This document shows positions 50,201 through 60,735 of a stretch of 64,000 nt of DNA, one piece after another. The notes under the pieces were generated by a model, which worked only from the letters and a program-made list of their open reading frames with translations, was not told the origin of the DNA and did not search any database. Within the stretch, counting starts at the first letter, position 1. The number at the start of each line of letters is the position of its first letter. Source of the DNA: Phycisphaerae bacterium (GTDB taxonomy: Bacteria > Planctomycetota > Phycisphaerae > UBA1845 > Fen-1342); assembly GCA_963675745.2 (NCBI GenBank), contig CAXXWX010000019.1, positions 160,001-224,000 of the forward strand, read 5' to 3'. The position numbers were made by a program, and so were the translations under genes.

Positions 50201-50273
50201 ACTTGAAGCCCGCGTGGATGGACGCTCTTCCCACGCGGCGGTTCTGAAACGTGCGCGGCGCGTGGACTGTTGA
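47271..50273 (+). CDS. PEP/pyruvate-binding (PEP synthase-like) protein with N-terminal receiver-like domains
   Basis: ILLVSSPYDSFILEEDG, IGGGSLGGKARGLAF, AVRSSSLLEDS, FAGIYET, LQIRP, GPGRWG, SQGSHFFHNLTS. Confidence 0.88.
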   Translation: MKSADPVTDAQDEQLMQATAGHPWRLGRFPTLMPQRIEEILLVSSPYDSFILEEDGLLTELISSEYSDLGLTHSPNVTRVSTAGNALSAIEHQKFDLVIAMQRLGDMDVSRFASTVREVDKDLPIAMLVSSDLELKRFAEVAGRFEGGTAYVWHGDAKLFLAIIKVLEDRLNVEHDTRAAGVGTIIFLEDSIQYRSLLLPILYSELVNQTRSVLADGINRMHKTLRMRARPKILVADTYEQGVEYYSRYRKYLFGVIADVRFPREGIHDPRAGLDFIRMVKADYRDMPALLQSSEERNRELAEAVGAQFLHKRSPTLLQDVRDFMLGNFGFGDFVFRLPDHHEITRAADLRAMRMALEDVPAESIEYHARRNHFSNWLRARTEFELAARLRPRRVSEFGNFEDLRRYLIDSCEEALRRNRRGVVEDFSRLRFDEGVHFARIGGGSLGGKARGLAFVDALIARHKLHQAYKGVQISVPRSVVIGTDVFDGFLATNNLWPVIHGEATDRELRAAFLRAEFPKRVLKDLRAFLHVVRDPIAVRSSSLLEDSQYHPFAGIYETFMIPNNEYNGRQRLARLADAIKLVYASAHFAGVRRYLQNTPYRIEEQKMAVVMQPVVGQRRGRNYYPSFAGTARSFNFYPVGHMRPEDGIASVVLGLGGMVVDGGAALRFCPAHPRILPQFGEMEEFLNQSQRSFLAIDLESDARGLGSENFRSLVNLDLEVAERDGTLAPVGSVWSPENDALYDGIHRAGVRVVTFAHVLKSEIFPLAKILRQLLAIGKAGLNAPVDVEFAANLDTDPMQFVVLQIRPCVGNGDQRDIDVDGLPRDELLCDSPQALGNGVITGVSDILYVRPEHFDPARTETIAHEIGVLNADLAAERRNCMLIGPGRWGTTTNWLGIPVNWSQISTARVIVEAALDNFTIDPSQGSHFFHNLTSFGIAYLSVNAHAGVGFIDWDWLHAQPAECETDLVRHVRLPESLEARVDGRSSHAAVLKRARRVDC

Positions 50274-50417
50274 GGGCTGCCCAGGGCAAGAGCGCCGGGT
50301 GCGCGTAGCGGCGTTTTCAGGAAACAGTCGGTGGCCGTTGTCGCCGGCCAGCGGCGCAGGTGGTTGAGTTCGCGGCTGGCGAGCAGCCTGTGTCGTCAGA
50401 TTGTCAATGAGACCGGG

Positions 50418-51419
50418 TCAACTCGCGTCGCCGTCCAGAATCCTGCCGATTCCGCCGAGAATGCTGCCTTCTCCGGTGCGCTTGCCGGCGACGCCGCCGG
50501 TGGCGTGTATGCGGTCGGCCAGCCGCGCAAAGGGCAGCGACTGGAGCCACACATTCCCCGGTCCGGTCAGTGAGGCGAAGAACAGTCCCTCGCCGCCGAA
50601 GAGCGAGTTCTTAATTCCCCCGACGAACTTGATTTCGTAGTTGACGGATGGCTCAAAGGCCACGATGCACCCGGTGTCGACCTTGAGCGTGTCGCCGGGC
50701 GCCAACTGGCGGTGGTGCAGTGTTCCGCCAGCGTGTACGAATGCGATGCCGTCGCCGGTGAGCCTTTGCAGGATGAAGCCCTCGCCGCCGAACAACCCGG
50801 CACCGATGCGCTTGGTAAAGGCGATGCCGATGGACACGCCGCGCGCCGCCGCCAGGAACGAGTCCTTCTGGCACAGCATTTCACCGCCGAGCTGGGCCAG
50901 GTCCATAGGCACGATGCTGCCGGGATAAGGAGCGGCGAATGCGACCTGGTGTTTGCCCTGCCCCTCATTCGTGAACGTGGTCATGAAGAGCGACTCGCCG
51001 GTGAGCACGCGTTTACCGGCGGTCATGAGCTTGTTGAGTATGCCCTGGTCCTGCGCGCTAGGATCGCCGAATTTGGTCTGCATCGTGATTGCGCTGGTCA
51101 TGTACATCATCGCGCCGGCCTCGGCGATGACCATCTCGCCCGGGTCGAGTTCGACCTCGACAAACTGCATGTCGTCGCCGGTGATGACATAGTCGATTTC
51201 GTCGCTGCCGCGGCGGTTGGGCGGCGGTGTCGGGGCGGTGGTGTCGCGTTCGATGTTCAGACCCGGGGCCTGTCGCGCGGCGACCCACGTTGACATTCCC
51301 GGGCCGAATACCAGCGTCTCATCCCCGTCCAGCGCGGGCAGCTTGGCGATCAGTTCCGCCTTGGTTATGGGACCAACAGATTTCCCATCCTGTACGTAGT
51401 GCCACTGGCCATCTGCCAT
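50418..51419 (-). CDS. TIGR00266/AIM24-family protein with N-terminal GYF_2-like domain
   Basis: [51 protein letters not shown]. Confidence 0.92.
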   Translation of the reverse strand: MADGQWHYVQDGKSVGPITKAELIAKLPALDGDETLVFGPGMSTWVAARQAPGLNIERDTTAPTPPPNRRGSDEIDYVITGDDMQFVEVELDPGEMVIAEAGAMMYMTSAITMQTKFGDPSAQDQGILNKLMTAGKRVLTGESLFMTTFTNEGQGKHQVAFAAPYPGSIVPMDLAQLGGEMLCQKDSFLAAARGVSIGIAFTKRIGAGLFGGEGFILQRLTGDGIAFVHAGGTLHHRQLAPGDTLKVDTGCIVAFEPSVNYEIKFVGGIKNSLFGGEGLFFASLTGPGNVWLQSLPFARLADRIHATGGVAGKRTGEGSILGGIGRILDGDAS

Positions 51420-51681
51420 GATCTTCTCCGTTCGCTGAAATCACGTGTGAATTCGCGACTCACCGATCGTTATTCACCGTGCATCGCGAACCACATTAAC
51501 TGGCACGGGGATAAGCCGGAAGTAGAAATCCCGGCCGCGTTTCGAATCGGGCAAGCCGAATGCCAGCAGCGGCCCCCAAACCTGCAACCTATCCACGCCC
51601 GATTCCCCCCGCCGGATCGACCGAGACCGCGCGAGACCAAGCCCCGCTCAGACGCTATGTCGGAGAGGCTCCATCGCCTTG

Positions 51682-52284
51682 TTACTTGAGCGACGGGTCG
51701 GGCTCGTCCGATGGCGGCTCTTCGCGGGTCTCTTCAACGGGCGAGTCCTGATACTCCACCGCATCCGATTCGATCGGCACCGTTGATATCCCCGGCGGCG
51801 TGATCACCACCCCGGGCGACTCGGCCGGTTGCTCGTACACCGGCGTCTCGGCGGGCGCCACGTACGTGGTCGTCGGGGCCGGCTGTACCGGCAGGGAGGG
51901 GCCGACGATTATCATCGTCTCGCGCGGAGGTACCTGCGTCATGCTCCGCTCGCGTTCGACAAGCCGATTGCGGTTGCCGAAGTGGTTGAACTGCACGACC
52001 AGGCCGTGGGGTATGCTGACTACGTTGTCATTGCCAAAGACCTCGATGCGCGGGATGCGCACACCTTCCTCGATGAACACCTCGTTCTGATTGCCGATGA
52101 TCGATAGCTTGCACAGTCGCGACCACTTCTCGATCGTCACCACGTTGCTGTTGCCCGTTATGCCCGTGTCGCCGAAGAACTCGCCGGTGCGCGTCGTTCC
52201 ATGAGCGATGATACCGGTGGGCGCGCAGCCCGCGGCGCAGAGGATCAGGGCCGACAGAAATACTATGGTTATGGTGTTTCTCAT
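51682..52284 (-). CDS. Putative lipoprotein with GN.N-repeat beta-helix (DUF3060-like) and Pro-rich tail
   Basis: AAGC lipobox-like signal; ITGNSNVV, IIGNQNEV, VFGNDNVV, HFGNRNRL repeats. Confidence 0.7.
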   Translation of the reverse strand: MRNTITIVFLSALILCAAGCAPTGIIAHGTTRTGEFFGDTGITGNSNVVTIEKWSRLCKLSIIGNQNEVFIEEGVRIPRIEVFGNDNVVSIPHGLVVQFNHFGNRNRLVERERSMTQVPPRETMIIVGPSLPVQPAPTTTYVAPAETPVYEQPAESPGVVITPPGISTVPIESDAVEYQDSPVEETREEPPSDEPDPSLK

Positions 52285-52445
52285 CGCGACACCCTCGCTG
52301 CTGTGTGATGACCACGTCTGATTCATATACGCAACCACTGCCTTTTACCTATCGCGACAGCAAGTGTACAAGCGCCGCCAAAGCGTGACCAGCGTCTCGC
52401 AGGGCGATGGTTCCCAATTTACTACCGGCCGCGGTGGGTGTTGCC

Positions 52446-53327
52446 TCAGTCAAACGCCTCGCCTCTGACCGGGCCAGGGGCGCAGTCGGGGAAGCGTTCG
52501 ACGAAGCGTGCCCCGCATAACGACAGGTCCGCCGGGCGTGGTTCACTCGCCGCCACGTCCAGCCTGGACACCGCCTCGAACGCCGGGTTCTCGATGCCGA
52601 GCAAATCCGCGCAGCGCGCCAGCAGATCATATCGCGACAGACGCTCCGGGCCTGCGACGTGCAGAATCCCCGTTTCCCCACTTCGCCCCAGAGCGACCAG
52701 TGCCCGAGCGGCGTCCTCGAACCAGAGGGGTGTTCGATGCTCGTCGACAAACAGTCGCAGGGGCTGGTGTGCGCGCAGGGCCGCCAACTGCGTCGCGAAC
52801 GTCGTCGGCCGGTCTGTCAGCGGCAATCCATACATCAGCGGCAGGCGTGCGACCAGCGCGCGCTCGGCGCCGGTTACCAGTTGCTCTGCGGCAAGCTTGC
52901 TGCGGCCATAGTCGCTCAGCGGTCGCGGCGGGTCAGTCTCCCGATATGGCGCCGCCGTCCCATCAAACACCATGTCGGTCGAGCCATAAACCAGCCGCGC
53001 GCCACAGGCCTCGGCAGCTTGCAGCAGGAACCGAGTCCCATCAACATTGACGCGCCGTGCGAGGTCGGGATTGGCATGCGCCTCGCCGACGGCGGTCACC
53101 GCGCCCAGATGCACAATCACCGTCGGACGAAAGGCCGCCACACTGCCCTGCACGGCACGCTTGTCGGCCAGGTCGATCCGCTCGGCGGTCATCTGCGGCG
53201 TGGCGATTGAGTGCCGGTGAGTCCAGGCCAGCAGCTTCGGTTGCGGGGTAACTCCGGACAGCAGCCGCAGAACGTATCCGCCAAGCTGCCCTGACGCCCC
53301 GGTAATCAACCAACGCTCGTCATCCAT
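52446..53327 (-). CDS. RmlD-like (dTDP-4-dehydrorhamnose reductase family) SDR
   Basis: ITGASGQLG, STDMVFDG, YGRSK, DEHRTP, RPADLSL. Confidence 0.9.
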   Translation of the reverse strand: MDDERWLITGASGQLGGYVLRLLSGVTPQPKLLAWTHRHSIATPQMTAERIDLADKRAVQGSVAAFRPTVIVHLGAVTAVGEAHANPDLARRVNVDGTRFLLQAAEACGARLVYGSTDMVFDGTAAPYRETDPPRPLSDYGRSKLAAEQLVTGAERALVARLPLMYGLPLTDRPTTFATQLAALRAHQPLRLFVDEHRTPLWFEDAARALVALGRSGETGILHVAGPERLSRYDLLARCADLLGIENPAFEAVSRLDVAASEPRPADLSLCGARFVERFPDCAPGPVRGEAFD

Positions 53328-53497
53328 GCGGCACCCCACGTGGGTCGGGTCGTCTGCATCCAACCGCGCTCCTGACGTGTATAGACTATAGCGGCCGTGC
53401 GCAATTCTGCGAACGTGGTCGGCGGATGGCCCATGGGCCGCCACGCTTCTTCGTTGGGTCGTGCGGTGGCGTAGTGCGGTATCACGCGTAGAATGCC

Positions 53498-55633
53498 ATG
53501 CCGCGGGGGCCGGTCGACTTACTCGTGCGGAGATTACCCGTGAGCAGACTCATGGTATTGGGGATCGTGACGCTGATCTGGGTTGTCAGCGGCGACGCAT
53601 TGGCGCGCGAGCCGCGCCCGGTGCGCGAAGTCCGCTCGGAAAACGAACGCTACGTCTTGCGCGTCGAGATGGGGCGTCCAACCTCGTCGAAAGCGCGCGC
53701 GGCGCGCGGGACGCTGCTTTCGCGCGGCGAGACCGGATCGACCGAGAGGCTGTGGGACAGACCGCTGGTCAACGATGTTGCGCCGCTGCACGCACTGGTG
53801 CGCGACGACGGCCGGTTTGTCATAACGCTCGACGAATACCGACGCGGCGGCGCCCGCCACGCACTTGTCATCTACGGTCCGCAAGGCGCGCTATTGCGTC
53901 ACTTCACCCTGCCCGACCTGCTCCAGCGTTCGGACTGGCCGCACGTTAGAGTGGATGGCTCCACCGTAAGCTGGCTCGATGAGGCCGAATTCACCTTTGA
54001 TGACAAGAGCCAGCAGTTTGTCATTCGCCTGAACTGGGACCGGACCATCCGCGTGGACCTGCTGACGATGCAGCTCGTCCCAGAGGGCCAGGATTCGGCG
54101 AATGCGGCCGGGGCGGGCATCCCGGCGAACGCGCTCGTGGCGATTTACGACAGTGACCCAGCGGCACTGGCCAAGCGATCCGGCGTGACGCCGTCGCCGC
54201 CGACCGCCGAAACGCCGGCCGCCGTGGGCGAGGAAGCCGACGATGGCGCAGCCGAAGTTGAGCCGCCCGTCGTGGACCCGGCTGACAGCGATGCCCACCA
54301 GCCGGACGAAGCTGCCTCAGACGCCGAGCCCGATCAACCCGCCAAGTCTCCAGAACCACCCGAGTTTGAATCGGCGGGTTTCCAGAACATCCCGGCCCCC
54401 AACCCGGACCAGCCGACCGATTATGTGTCGTGGATGAATGATCAGGTACGCGGCGAAAGCGCGCCCGGCGCCTCGACCTACAACGAAGCTGTCGGACTTT
54501 ATCAGGGCTGGGAAGGATCGGCTGACCTCATCAGGGCCGCGACGAAGGGTGATCCCGCCGTCCTGACCAACCCCGACCTCAAAACCTGGCTTGACCGGAA
54601 TCAGATCGCGATTGCCCGCTTCCGCGAGGCCGCACGCGCCCCGCACGCCGGCTTTGAATACCACGCCGACAAGAGCGGGGCGGCAATCTCGGTGGTGTTG
54701 CCCCACCTGTCGCCCATTCGCAATCTGGCGCGGGCGACCATCGTCGCCGGAAAGCTGCACGAATCAAAGGGGGAGGTCAACCAGGCGGTCGACGCCTATC
54801 TCGATGTGACCGCCGCCGGCGCTCACGCCAGCCGGGGCATTACTTTGATCGAGAACCTCGTGGGAATCGCGATGCAATCGCTGGGCCATAAGGCCTTGCT
54901 GGATGCGTACGCGGCGCCCAACGCCGACGAGATCGACTATGTCAGCATCGCCCGGCGTATGAGCTCGCCACAAATGGCCCTGCGCCCGATGAAAGAGGCT
55001 GTGGCGGCCGAACACGCCTTTGCGCTCGACATGCTCCAACGGGTGTTCAAGCGTGACGAAACCAGCGGCCGTTACGTCGCAAGCGGCGGCATGGTTGGGG
55101 AGGTGTTGGCATACATGGCGGCAGAAACTGACACGGAGGAGGATGAGGTGTTTCGACAGGCGATCGGCAACGTTGACTACGATGTGACGCTCGCTGAACT
55201 AAACACCTATTATGACGGCCTTTCCGTTGCCGCCGAACTGCCCTACGATCAGGCGCGCGAACTGCTGGCGGACATTGAAAGTCAGGTTAGCGGTCCCGAC
55301 AGCAACCCCGTGCTCAGAATGTTCGTACCGGAGTTCACCCGCGCCTACTTCGTCCGCGCGCGGGCTGACACTCAGGAGCGCGGCGCGCATCTGCTCACCG
55401 AGCTGCGCGCCTATCGCCAGGAGCACGGGGCCTACCCGAAGTCTCTCGACGTCTTCGGCGACCGCGACTTTGTGTTCGATCCACTCACCGGCGCCTCGTT
55501 CGTATACCGGCGCGACGGTGACGATATCACGCTGTATTCGCTCGGCGTCGATGGAATCGACAGCGGCGGCGTACATGACAAGAGCGGCGAACGCAGCGAC
55601 TACGTAATCTGGCCACGCCCGGATGATGAGTAG
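53498..55633 (+). CDS. Secreted hypothetical protein with acidic linker and GspG-like C-terminal motif
   Basis: Signal peptide, a Pro/Glu linker, and the tail LRAYRQEHGAYPKSL...DPLTGASFVYR...LYSLGVDGIDSGG. Start uncertain (53498/53540/53552). Confidence 0.8.
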   Translation: MPRGPVDLLVRRLPVSRLMVLGIVTLIWVVSGDALAREPRPVREVRSENERYVLRVEMGRPTSSKARAARGTLLSRGETGSTERLWDRPLVNDVAPLHALVRDDGRFVITLDEYRRGGARHALVIYGPQGALLRHFTLPDLLQRSDWPHVRVDGSTVSWLDEAEFTFDDKSQQFVIRLNWDRTIRVDLLTMQLVPEGQDSANAAGAGIPANALVAIYDSDPAALAKRSGVTPSPPTAETPAAVGEEADDGAAEVEPPVVDPADSDAHQPDEAASDAEPDQPAKSPEPPEFESAGFQNIPAPNPDQPTDYVSWMNDQVRGESAPGASTYNEAVGLYQGWEGSADLIRAATKGDPAVLTNPDLKTWLDRNQIAIARFREAARAPHAGFEYHADKSGAAISVVLPHLSPIRNLARATIVAGKLHESKGEVNQAVDAYLDVTAAGAHASRGITLIENLVGIAMQSLGHKALLDAYAAPNADEIDYVSIARRMSSPQMALRPMKEAVAAEHAFALDMLQRVFKRDETSGRYVASGGMVGEVLAYMAAETDTEEDEVFRQAIGNVDYDVTLAELNTYYDGLSVAAELPYDQARELLADIESQVSGPDSNPVLRMFVPEFTRAYFVRARADTQERGAHLLTELRAYRQEHGAYPKSLDVFGDRDFVFDPLTGASFVYRRDGDDITLYSLGVDGIDSGGVHDKSGERSDYVIWPRPDDE

Positions 55634-55639
55634 CCGGCA

Positions 55640-55744
55640 GGTCAGCGGTCAGCGGTTAGAGGTCAGAGGTTAGCGGTCAGGGGTTAGCGGTCAGTGGTCG
55701 GCGGTCAGCGGTTGGTGGTTGGCGGTTGGTGGTTGGCGGTCGGT
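55640..55744. repeat. Heptamer tandem array (GGTYRGN) x15
   Basis: ggtcagc/ggttagc/ggttggc units immediately after the stop at 55633. Confidence 0.92.
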
Positions 55745-55797
55745 TTGGGGGATTGGTCTCCGGTGGATCAGTTTGCGCGGGTGTTGTTTCTTTGTGC

Positions 55798-55930
55798 TGA
55801 GATTCGAGATCTGAGATTTGAGATCCGAGATCTGAGATTTGAGATCTGAGATCTGAGATCTGAACACTTAACACTTAACACTTAACTCTGAACTCTGAAC
55901 ACTGAACTCTGAAAACTGACCACGGAAAAC
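55798..55930. repeat. Heptamer tandem arrays (YGAGATY) x9 then (TGAACWC-like) x10
   Basis: Two in-phase 7-mer blocks ending at the trmB stop codon. Confidence 0.92.
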
Positions 55931-56535
55931 TACACCAGCCTGCAAACGGCGATCTGGTAAATCTCGCGTCCTTCGCGCAGGTACTTGACTTCGAAATTCG
56001 TCTGCAAACCCGCTTGTCCGACGCCGAATTCCGGATCGTCGAATGGCACCTGTTCTAGCCGCTCGTGAGCGGACAACAGCGACTCGATCTGCTGGAAGTA
56101 TTCCGCGTGATCCGTCTGTACCGCCCAGCGCCCGCCGGGGATCAGGCAATCAACCGCCGCGTCAACGAACGGCTGCTGAATCAGCCGCCGCTTGTGGTGA
56201 CGCTTTTTCGGCCACGGGTCGGGGTGGTACACGTGCAGGGCGGTCAGTGAATCGCGCGGGCAGACCACGCGAATGAAATACGCCGCGTCGGTGCGCAGCA
56301 TCCTGACGTTGCCGACACCCCAACGGCGCATGCGATCGACGGCAAACTTGTAGAACTCGTTAGCCCACTCGATCCCCAGAAAGTCGCGTTCGGGGTGTGC
56401 TCGCGCGCGGTCGAGCAGAAAGCCGGCCTTGCCCGTGCCGATCTCGAGCTCCAGCGGCGCCGCGCGCGGGAAAACACGTTCCCAGGCGAAGTCCTCCAGC
56501 TCGCTCGGTTCAATGGCGATCGGAATCACGCTCAC
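55930..56535 (-). CDS. trmB: tRNA (guanine-N7)-methyltransferase
   Basis: LEIGTGKAGFL, FLGIE, HPDPWPKKRHHKRRL, TDHAEY, TNFEVKY. Start approximate. Confidence 0.93.
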   Translation of the reverse strand: MSVIPIAIEPSELEDFAWERVFPRAAPLELEIGTGKAGFLLDRARAHPERDFLGIEWANEFYKFAVDRMRRWGVGNVRMLRTDAAYFIRVVCPRDSLTALHVYHPDPWPKKRHHKRRLIQQPFVDAAVDCLIPGGRWAVQTDHAEYFQQIESLLSAHERLEQVPFDDPEFGVGQAGLQTNFEVKYLREGREIYQIAVCRLV

Positions 56536-56665
56536 AACGCCACACACTATCAGACATTGGTCTCGAAAACAGCCGTGACTGAAGGACGCCCGGCCCGATA
56601 CCGATGACAGGCACAGCCGCACGGCTCGGCGTCGGCATGAGACTATATGTAGGGCAAGATCTGGC

Positions 56666-57145
56666 ATGCCGCAACCATCCACAAATACCCGCGAACGTCG
56701 CGACGGCCCGCGACGCACAACCGCGTTTGCGTTCTGGGTGCACAACGGGGAGCACGGCGATCCGCGCGGGGCCTGGATGCTGAACATCGGCCCGCACGGG
56801 GGTGCGTTTCTGCTGGCCAGTGACCAGCGGCCCGCCGTCGGCCAGCGGCTCGAACTCTCGGAAATGCACACTTCGTCGCGCGTCGTGCGCGAAGGAGCCT
56901 GCTCGCTACCCTGCCACGCCGAGGTGGTGCGCGTGGAGTCCGGGGAGTCGCTGACCTGCCAGATTGCCGTCCGATTCGCGGATCAATCACCGATCGCCGG
57001 CGGAACAGCCCCCCGAGACCGTGACAACGTGGCCGTTACCCCTCGATCGTTGCCGGCCGCCGCCCTGAGCGTCCCACCATTCGGTTTGCCGGCCGACACC
57101 CCACGCGCGCAGACCGCAAACGCAACCACAACGCTCCGCCCCTGA
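56666..57145 (+). CDS. PilZ-like domain protein
   Basis: ERRDGPR (RxxxR), NIGPHGGAF (D/NxSxxG-like), AEVVRVE, IAVRF. Confidence 0.7.
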   Translation: MPQPSTNTRERRDGPRRTTAFAFWVHNGEHGDPRGAWMLNIGPHGGAFLLASDQRPAVGQRLELSEMHTSSRVVREGACSLPCHAEVVRVESGESLTCQIAVRFADQSPIAGGTAPRDRDNVAVTPRSLPAAALSVPPFGLPADTPRAQTANATTTLRP

Positions 57146-57170
57146 GCGCCTTGCCCCTTCTCGCAGCCCC

Positions 57171-57212
57171 CGCTCCCTGTTCCCCGTTCCCTGTTCCCTG
57201 TTCCCTGCCCTC
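57171..57212. repeat. Heptamer array (TGTTCCC-like) x6
   Basis: cgctccc tgttccc cgttccc tgttccc tgttccc tgccctc upstream of cysK. Confidence 0.8.
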
Positions 57213-57282
57213 TACACCCCCGTCCCATCCCGCGCATAACATACAGGGTGAGTAAACCGCAGGGACCGACTGGGAGATTGTC

Positions 57283-58230
<948 letters not shown>

Positions 58231-58242
58231 GACAGGGGCAAC

Positions 58243-58860
58243 ATGACGCATCAGAAAGCCACAAACATCACCTGGCACGAGGGCCACGTCGAACGAAAGG
58301 ACCGCAACAAACTGCTCAAACAGACCGGCGCCACCATCTGGTTCACCGGTCTGAGCGCCTCAGGCAAGAGCACCATCGCGTTTACGCTCGAACACGCGCT
58401 CATCGAGCGCGGACACCTGGCCTACGCACTGGATGGCGACAACATCCGCCACGGGCTCAACAAGAACCTAGGCTTCTCGCCCGAAGATCGCAACGAGAAC
58501 ATCCGCCGTATCGGCGAGGTCGCCAAGCTCTTCGCTGATACGGGCGTGCTCGCGTTGACGAGCTTCATCAGCCCGTATCGCGCGGACCGCGATCAGGCGC
58601 GCACGCTTCATGAAGAGGCCGGGTTGAAGTTCGTCGAAGTCTTTGTGAAGGCTTCCGTCGAGCTTTGCGAGCAGCGCGATCCCAAAGGGCTCTACAAGAA
58701 GGCCCGCGCCGGCGAGATCCCCGAGTTCACCGGCGTCTCGGCGCCGTACGAAGAGCCGCTCAAACCCGAGGTTGTGCTCGACGTCAGCGCGCTCTCGCCC
58801 CAGGAAGCCGCCGCGCAGTTGATCGACTATCTTGAAGAGCAGGGCCTGTTAAAGGCCTGA
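58243..58860 (+). CDS. cysC: Adenylyl-sulfate kinase
   Basis: [38 protein letters not shown]. Confidence 0.97.
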   Translation: MTHQKATNITWHEGHVERKDRNKLLKQTGATIWFTGLSASGKSTIAFTLEHALIERGHLAYALDGDNIRHGLNKNLGFSPEDRNENIRRIGEVAKLFADTGVLALTSFISPYRADRDQARTLHEEAGLKFVEVFVKASVELCEQRDPKGLYKKARAGEIPEFTGVSAPYEEPLKPEVVLDVSALSPQEAAAQLIDYLEEQGLLKA

Positions 58861-58876
58861 TGGCTGTTCATCCACA

Positions 58877-58931
58877 GCGGTTTCAAGAGAATCCTGCCAC
58901 CACGCGGTGTGCCACGGCTCTGTGAGCCGTG
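58877..58931 (+). repeat. Dispersed ~55-bp REP-like repeat, copy B
   Basis: GCGGTTTCA...GTGTGCCACGGCTCTGTGAGCCGTG between convergent cysC and HIT genes. The core is a perfect CACGGCTC/GAGCCGTG hairpin. Confidence 0.75.
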
Positions 58932-58964
58932 TCATGCTTGGCGGCCGCGCCGCTGCGCGGTGCT

Positions 58965-59483
58965 TTAATCGCGCGGCAGGCCCAGCTTCGCGGCACTGGC
59001 CCGGAGTCTCTCCGCCGTTCGTGTGAGCGCTTCGGGCACGACCTTCACGTCGGCCAGCACGGCCATGTAGTTAACGTCGCCCGCCCAGCGCGGCACGACA
59101 TGGCAGTGCAGATGATCGGGCAGGCCCGCCCCCGCGCAGTGGCCGAGATTAAAGCCGACGTTAAAGCCCTGGGCGTTTACGGCGTGTGCGAGCACCAGCT
59201 TGGCGTCGCGCACGCGGTGCAACAGCTCGAGCAACTCGTCATCCGCCAGGTCTTCGAGTGACGCGCCATGCCGCAGCGGCGCCACCATCAGGTGTCCGTT
59301 GCTGTAGGGGAAGCGGTTCAACGCCACGATCGTGCGCGGACCACGCCACAATACATGGTTTTTTGCGTCGGCCTCGGCATGGTCGCGGTAGTGGCAAAGA
59401 AAACACGCGGGCGCATCATCCGCCAGCGTCCGGATATATTCCATGCGCCACGGCGCCCAAAGATTCTCCTGGAATTCGCTCAT
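58965..59483 (-). CDS. HIT-family protein (Ap4A phosphorylase/hydrolase-like)
   Basis: LWAPWRMEYI, LNRFPYSNGHLMV, GFNVGFNLG..AGAG, HLHCHVVPRW.GD. Confidence 0.92.
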   Translation of the reverse strand: MSEFQENLWAPWRMEYIRTLADDAPACFLCHYRDHAEADAKNHVLWRGPRTIVALNRFPYSNGHLMVAPLRHGASLEDLADDELLELLHRVRDAKLVLAHAVNAQGFNVGFNLGHCAGAGLPDHLHCHVVPRWAGDVNYMAVLADVKVVPEALTRTAERLRASAAKLGLPRD

Positions 59484-59493
59484 ACGGCGTTCG

Positions 59494-60735
59494 CTATCTG
59501 GTATCGCCGACGTAACCCGTGTTCTGCACGTGCGGCAGTACACGAATGCGCTGCGTTGCGCGAAACTCCCGGTTATCCGAGGTTACCACCAGCAGGCCCA
59601 GGGCATGCTCGCCGGCGGTGGTAAGTGTTCGTTGGCCATTGACGCTCGTCGCGATCGGGTCACCATCCAGCGTCCAGAGGAAACTCGCCGTCTCGTACCA
59701 ATCGGAAGGGCACACAGCCCAGAAACCCAGGTGCAACGGCTCGATGCCGATCGCGGATGATACGCGGATAGATACGGATCGTGGCGGTGTGCTCACGCGA
59801 GACGGCGGCGTCGTACGTCGGCTGGGCGGCTGCACACGGCCACCCGCCGGTGCTGAAGCGTGCTGGGGCGTGGGTGAGGTCTGAGGCTGCCGCACCGTCG
59901 GCATACGCCCGGAAAGAAAGGCCAGCCCTTCAGCGTTTCCATCAATGGCCTGGCGGCGCACGAGTGTTTGAGAGGGGGTGCTGGGCGAGACCTTGGCGAC
60001 GCGCCCGAAGAAGTCCGCGGCCAGCTCGGGCGTCCGTTCATGCCCCAGCCCCTTGATGAACACCCAGGCGAAATTCTGAAACCCGTGCGACTGGTACCAG
60101 CGGATCGCCTGCTGCGACTCGCGCTTGCAGATGGCGAAGTCGTTCTCGGTGATCAGCACGAGGACCGGGTGGTAGCGCGAGCGCGGGGCCAGCGCGTCAT
60201 CCATCAGCGGCGCCGAGTAATTGGCCTGCCGCGCCGCAAGCGCTGTGAATACGTCGGGATGTTGGTTCACCATGTAATGCGCCATGTAGCCGCCCGAAGA
60301 AAAGCCGGTGGCCAGCACATTATTCCTGTCGGCGGCGGTGTTGGTGAAGACCTGGTCGAGAATGTCGAGCACGGTGTGCTCGTCGAGCTTGAACCAAGGG
60401 TGTTTGGTGCGGATGGGGAACTCGGCGAGCACATCCATCGACGCCAACTCGGGCGAGACCACGATAAACCCATAGCGGTCCGCCTCGCGTTCCCATTCGT
60501 GCGCCTGCGACGTGGCGTTGTCGAAGGGACGCATGCCATGAAAAGTGACGACCAGGGGCCATCTGCGGGCGGCGCGTTCGGCGTCGTCGGCCGCCACGTA
60601 GTCCTTGGGCAGGTATAGCCAGTATTTGCGCTGCGACTTGGGTTCGATGAGGCGCCGCTGCTGGCCGTCCCCGCGCGGCTGCGGAACCGCGCAGCCCATC
60701 GGCAGGGTGAGTGCCAGGGCGGCGAGCGCATACAT
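59494..60735 (-). CDS. Putative lipoprotein esterase (alpha/beta hydrolase, PHB-depolymerase-like) with C-terminal PKD-like domain
   Basis: PMGC lipobox-like, YWLYLP, PLVVTFHG, GFSSGG nucleophile, GLGH. Start uncertain (up to 60900). Confidence 0.8.
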   Translation of the reverse strand: MYALAALALTLPMGCAVPQPRGDGQQRRLIEPKSQRKYWLYLPKDYVAADDAERAARRWPLVVTFHGMRPFDNATSQAHEWEREADRYGFIVVSPELASMDVLAEFPIRTKHPWFKLDEHTVLDILDQVFTNTAADRNNVLATGFSSGGYMAHYMVNQHPDVFTALAARQANYSAPLMDDALAPRSRYHPVLVLITENDFAICKRESQQAIRWYQSHGFQNFAWVFIKGLGHERTPELAADFFGRVAKVSPSTPSQTLVRRQAIDGNAEGLAFLSGRMPTVRQPQTSPTPQHASAPAGGRVQPPSRRTTPPSRVSTPPRSVSIRVSSAIGIEPLHLGFWAVCPSDWYETASFLWTLDGDPIATSVNGQRTLTTAGEHALGLLVVTSDNREFRATQRIRVLPHVQNTGYVGDTR

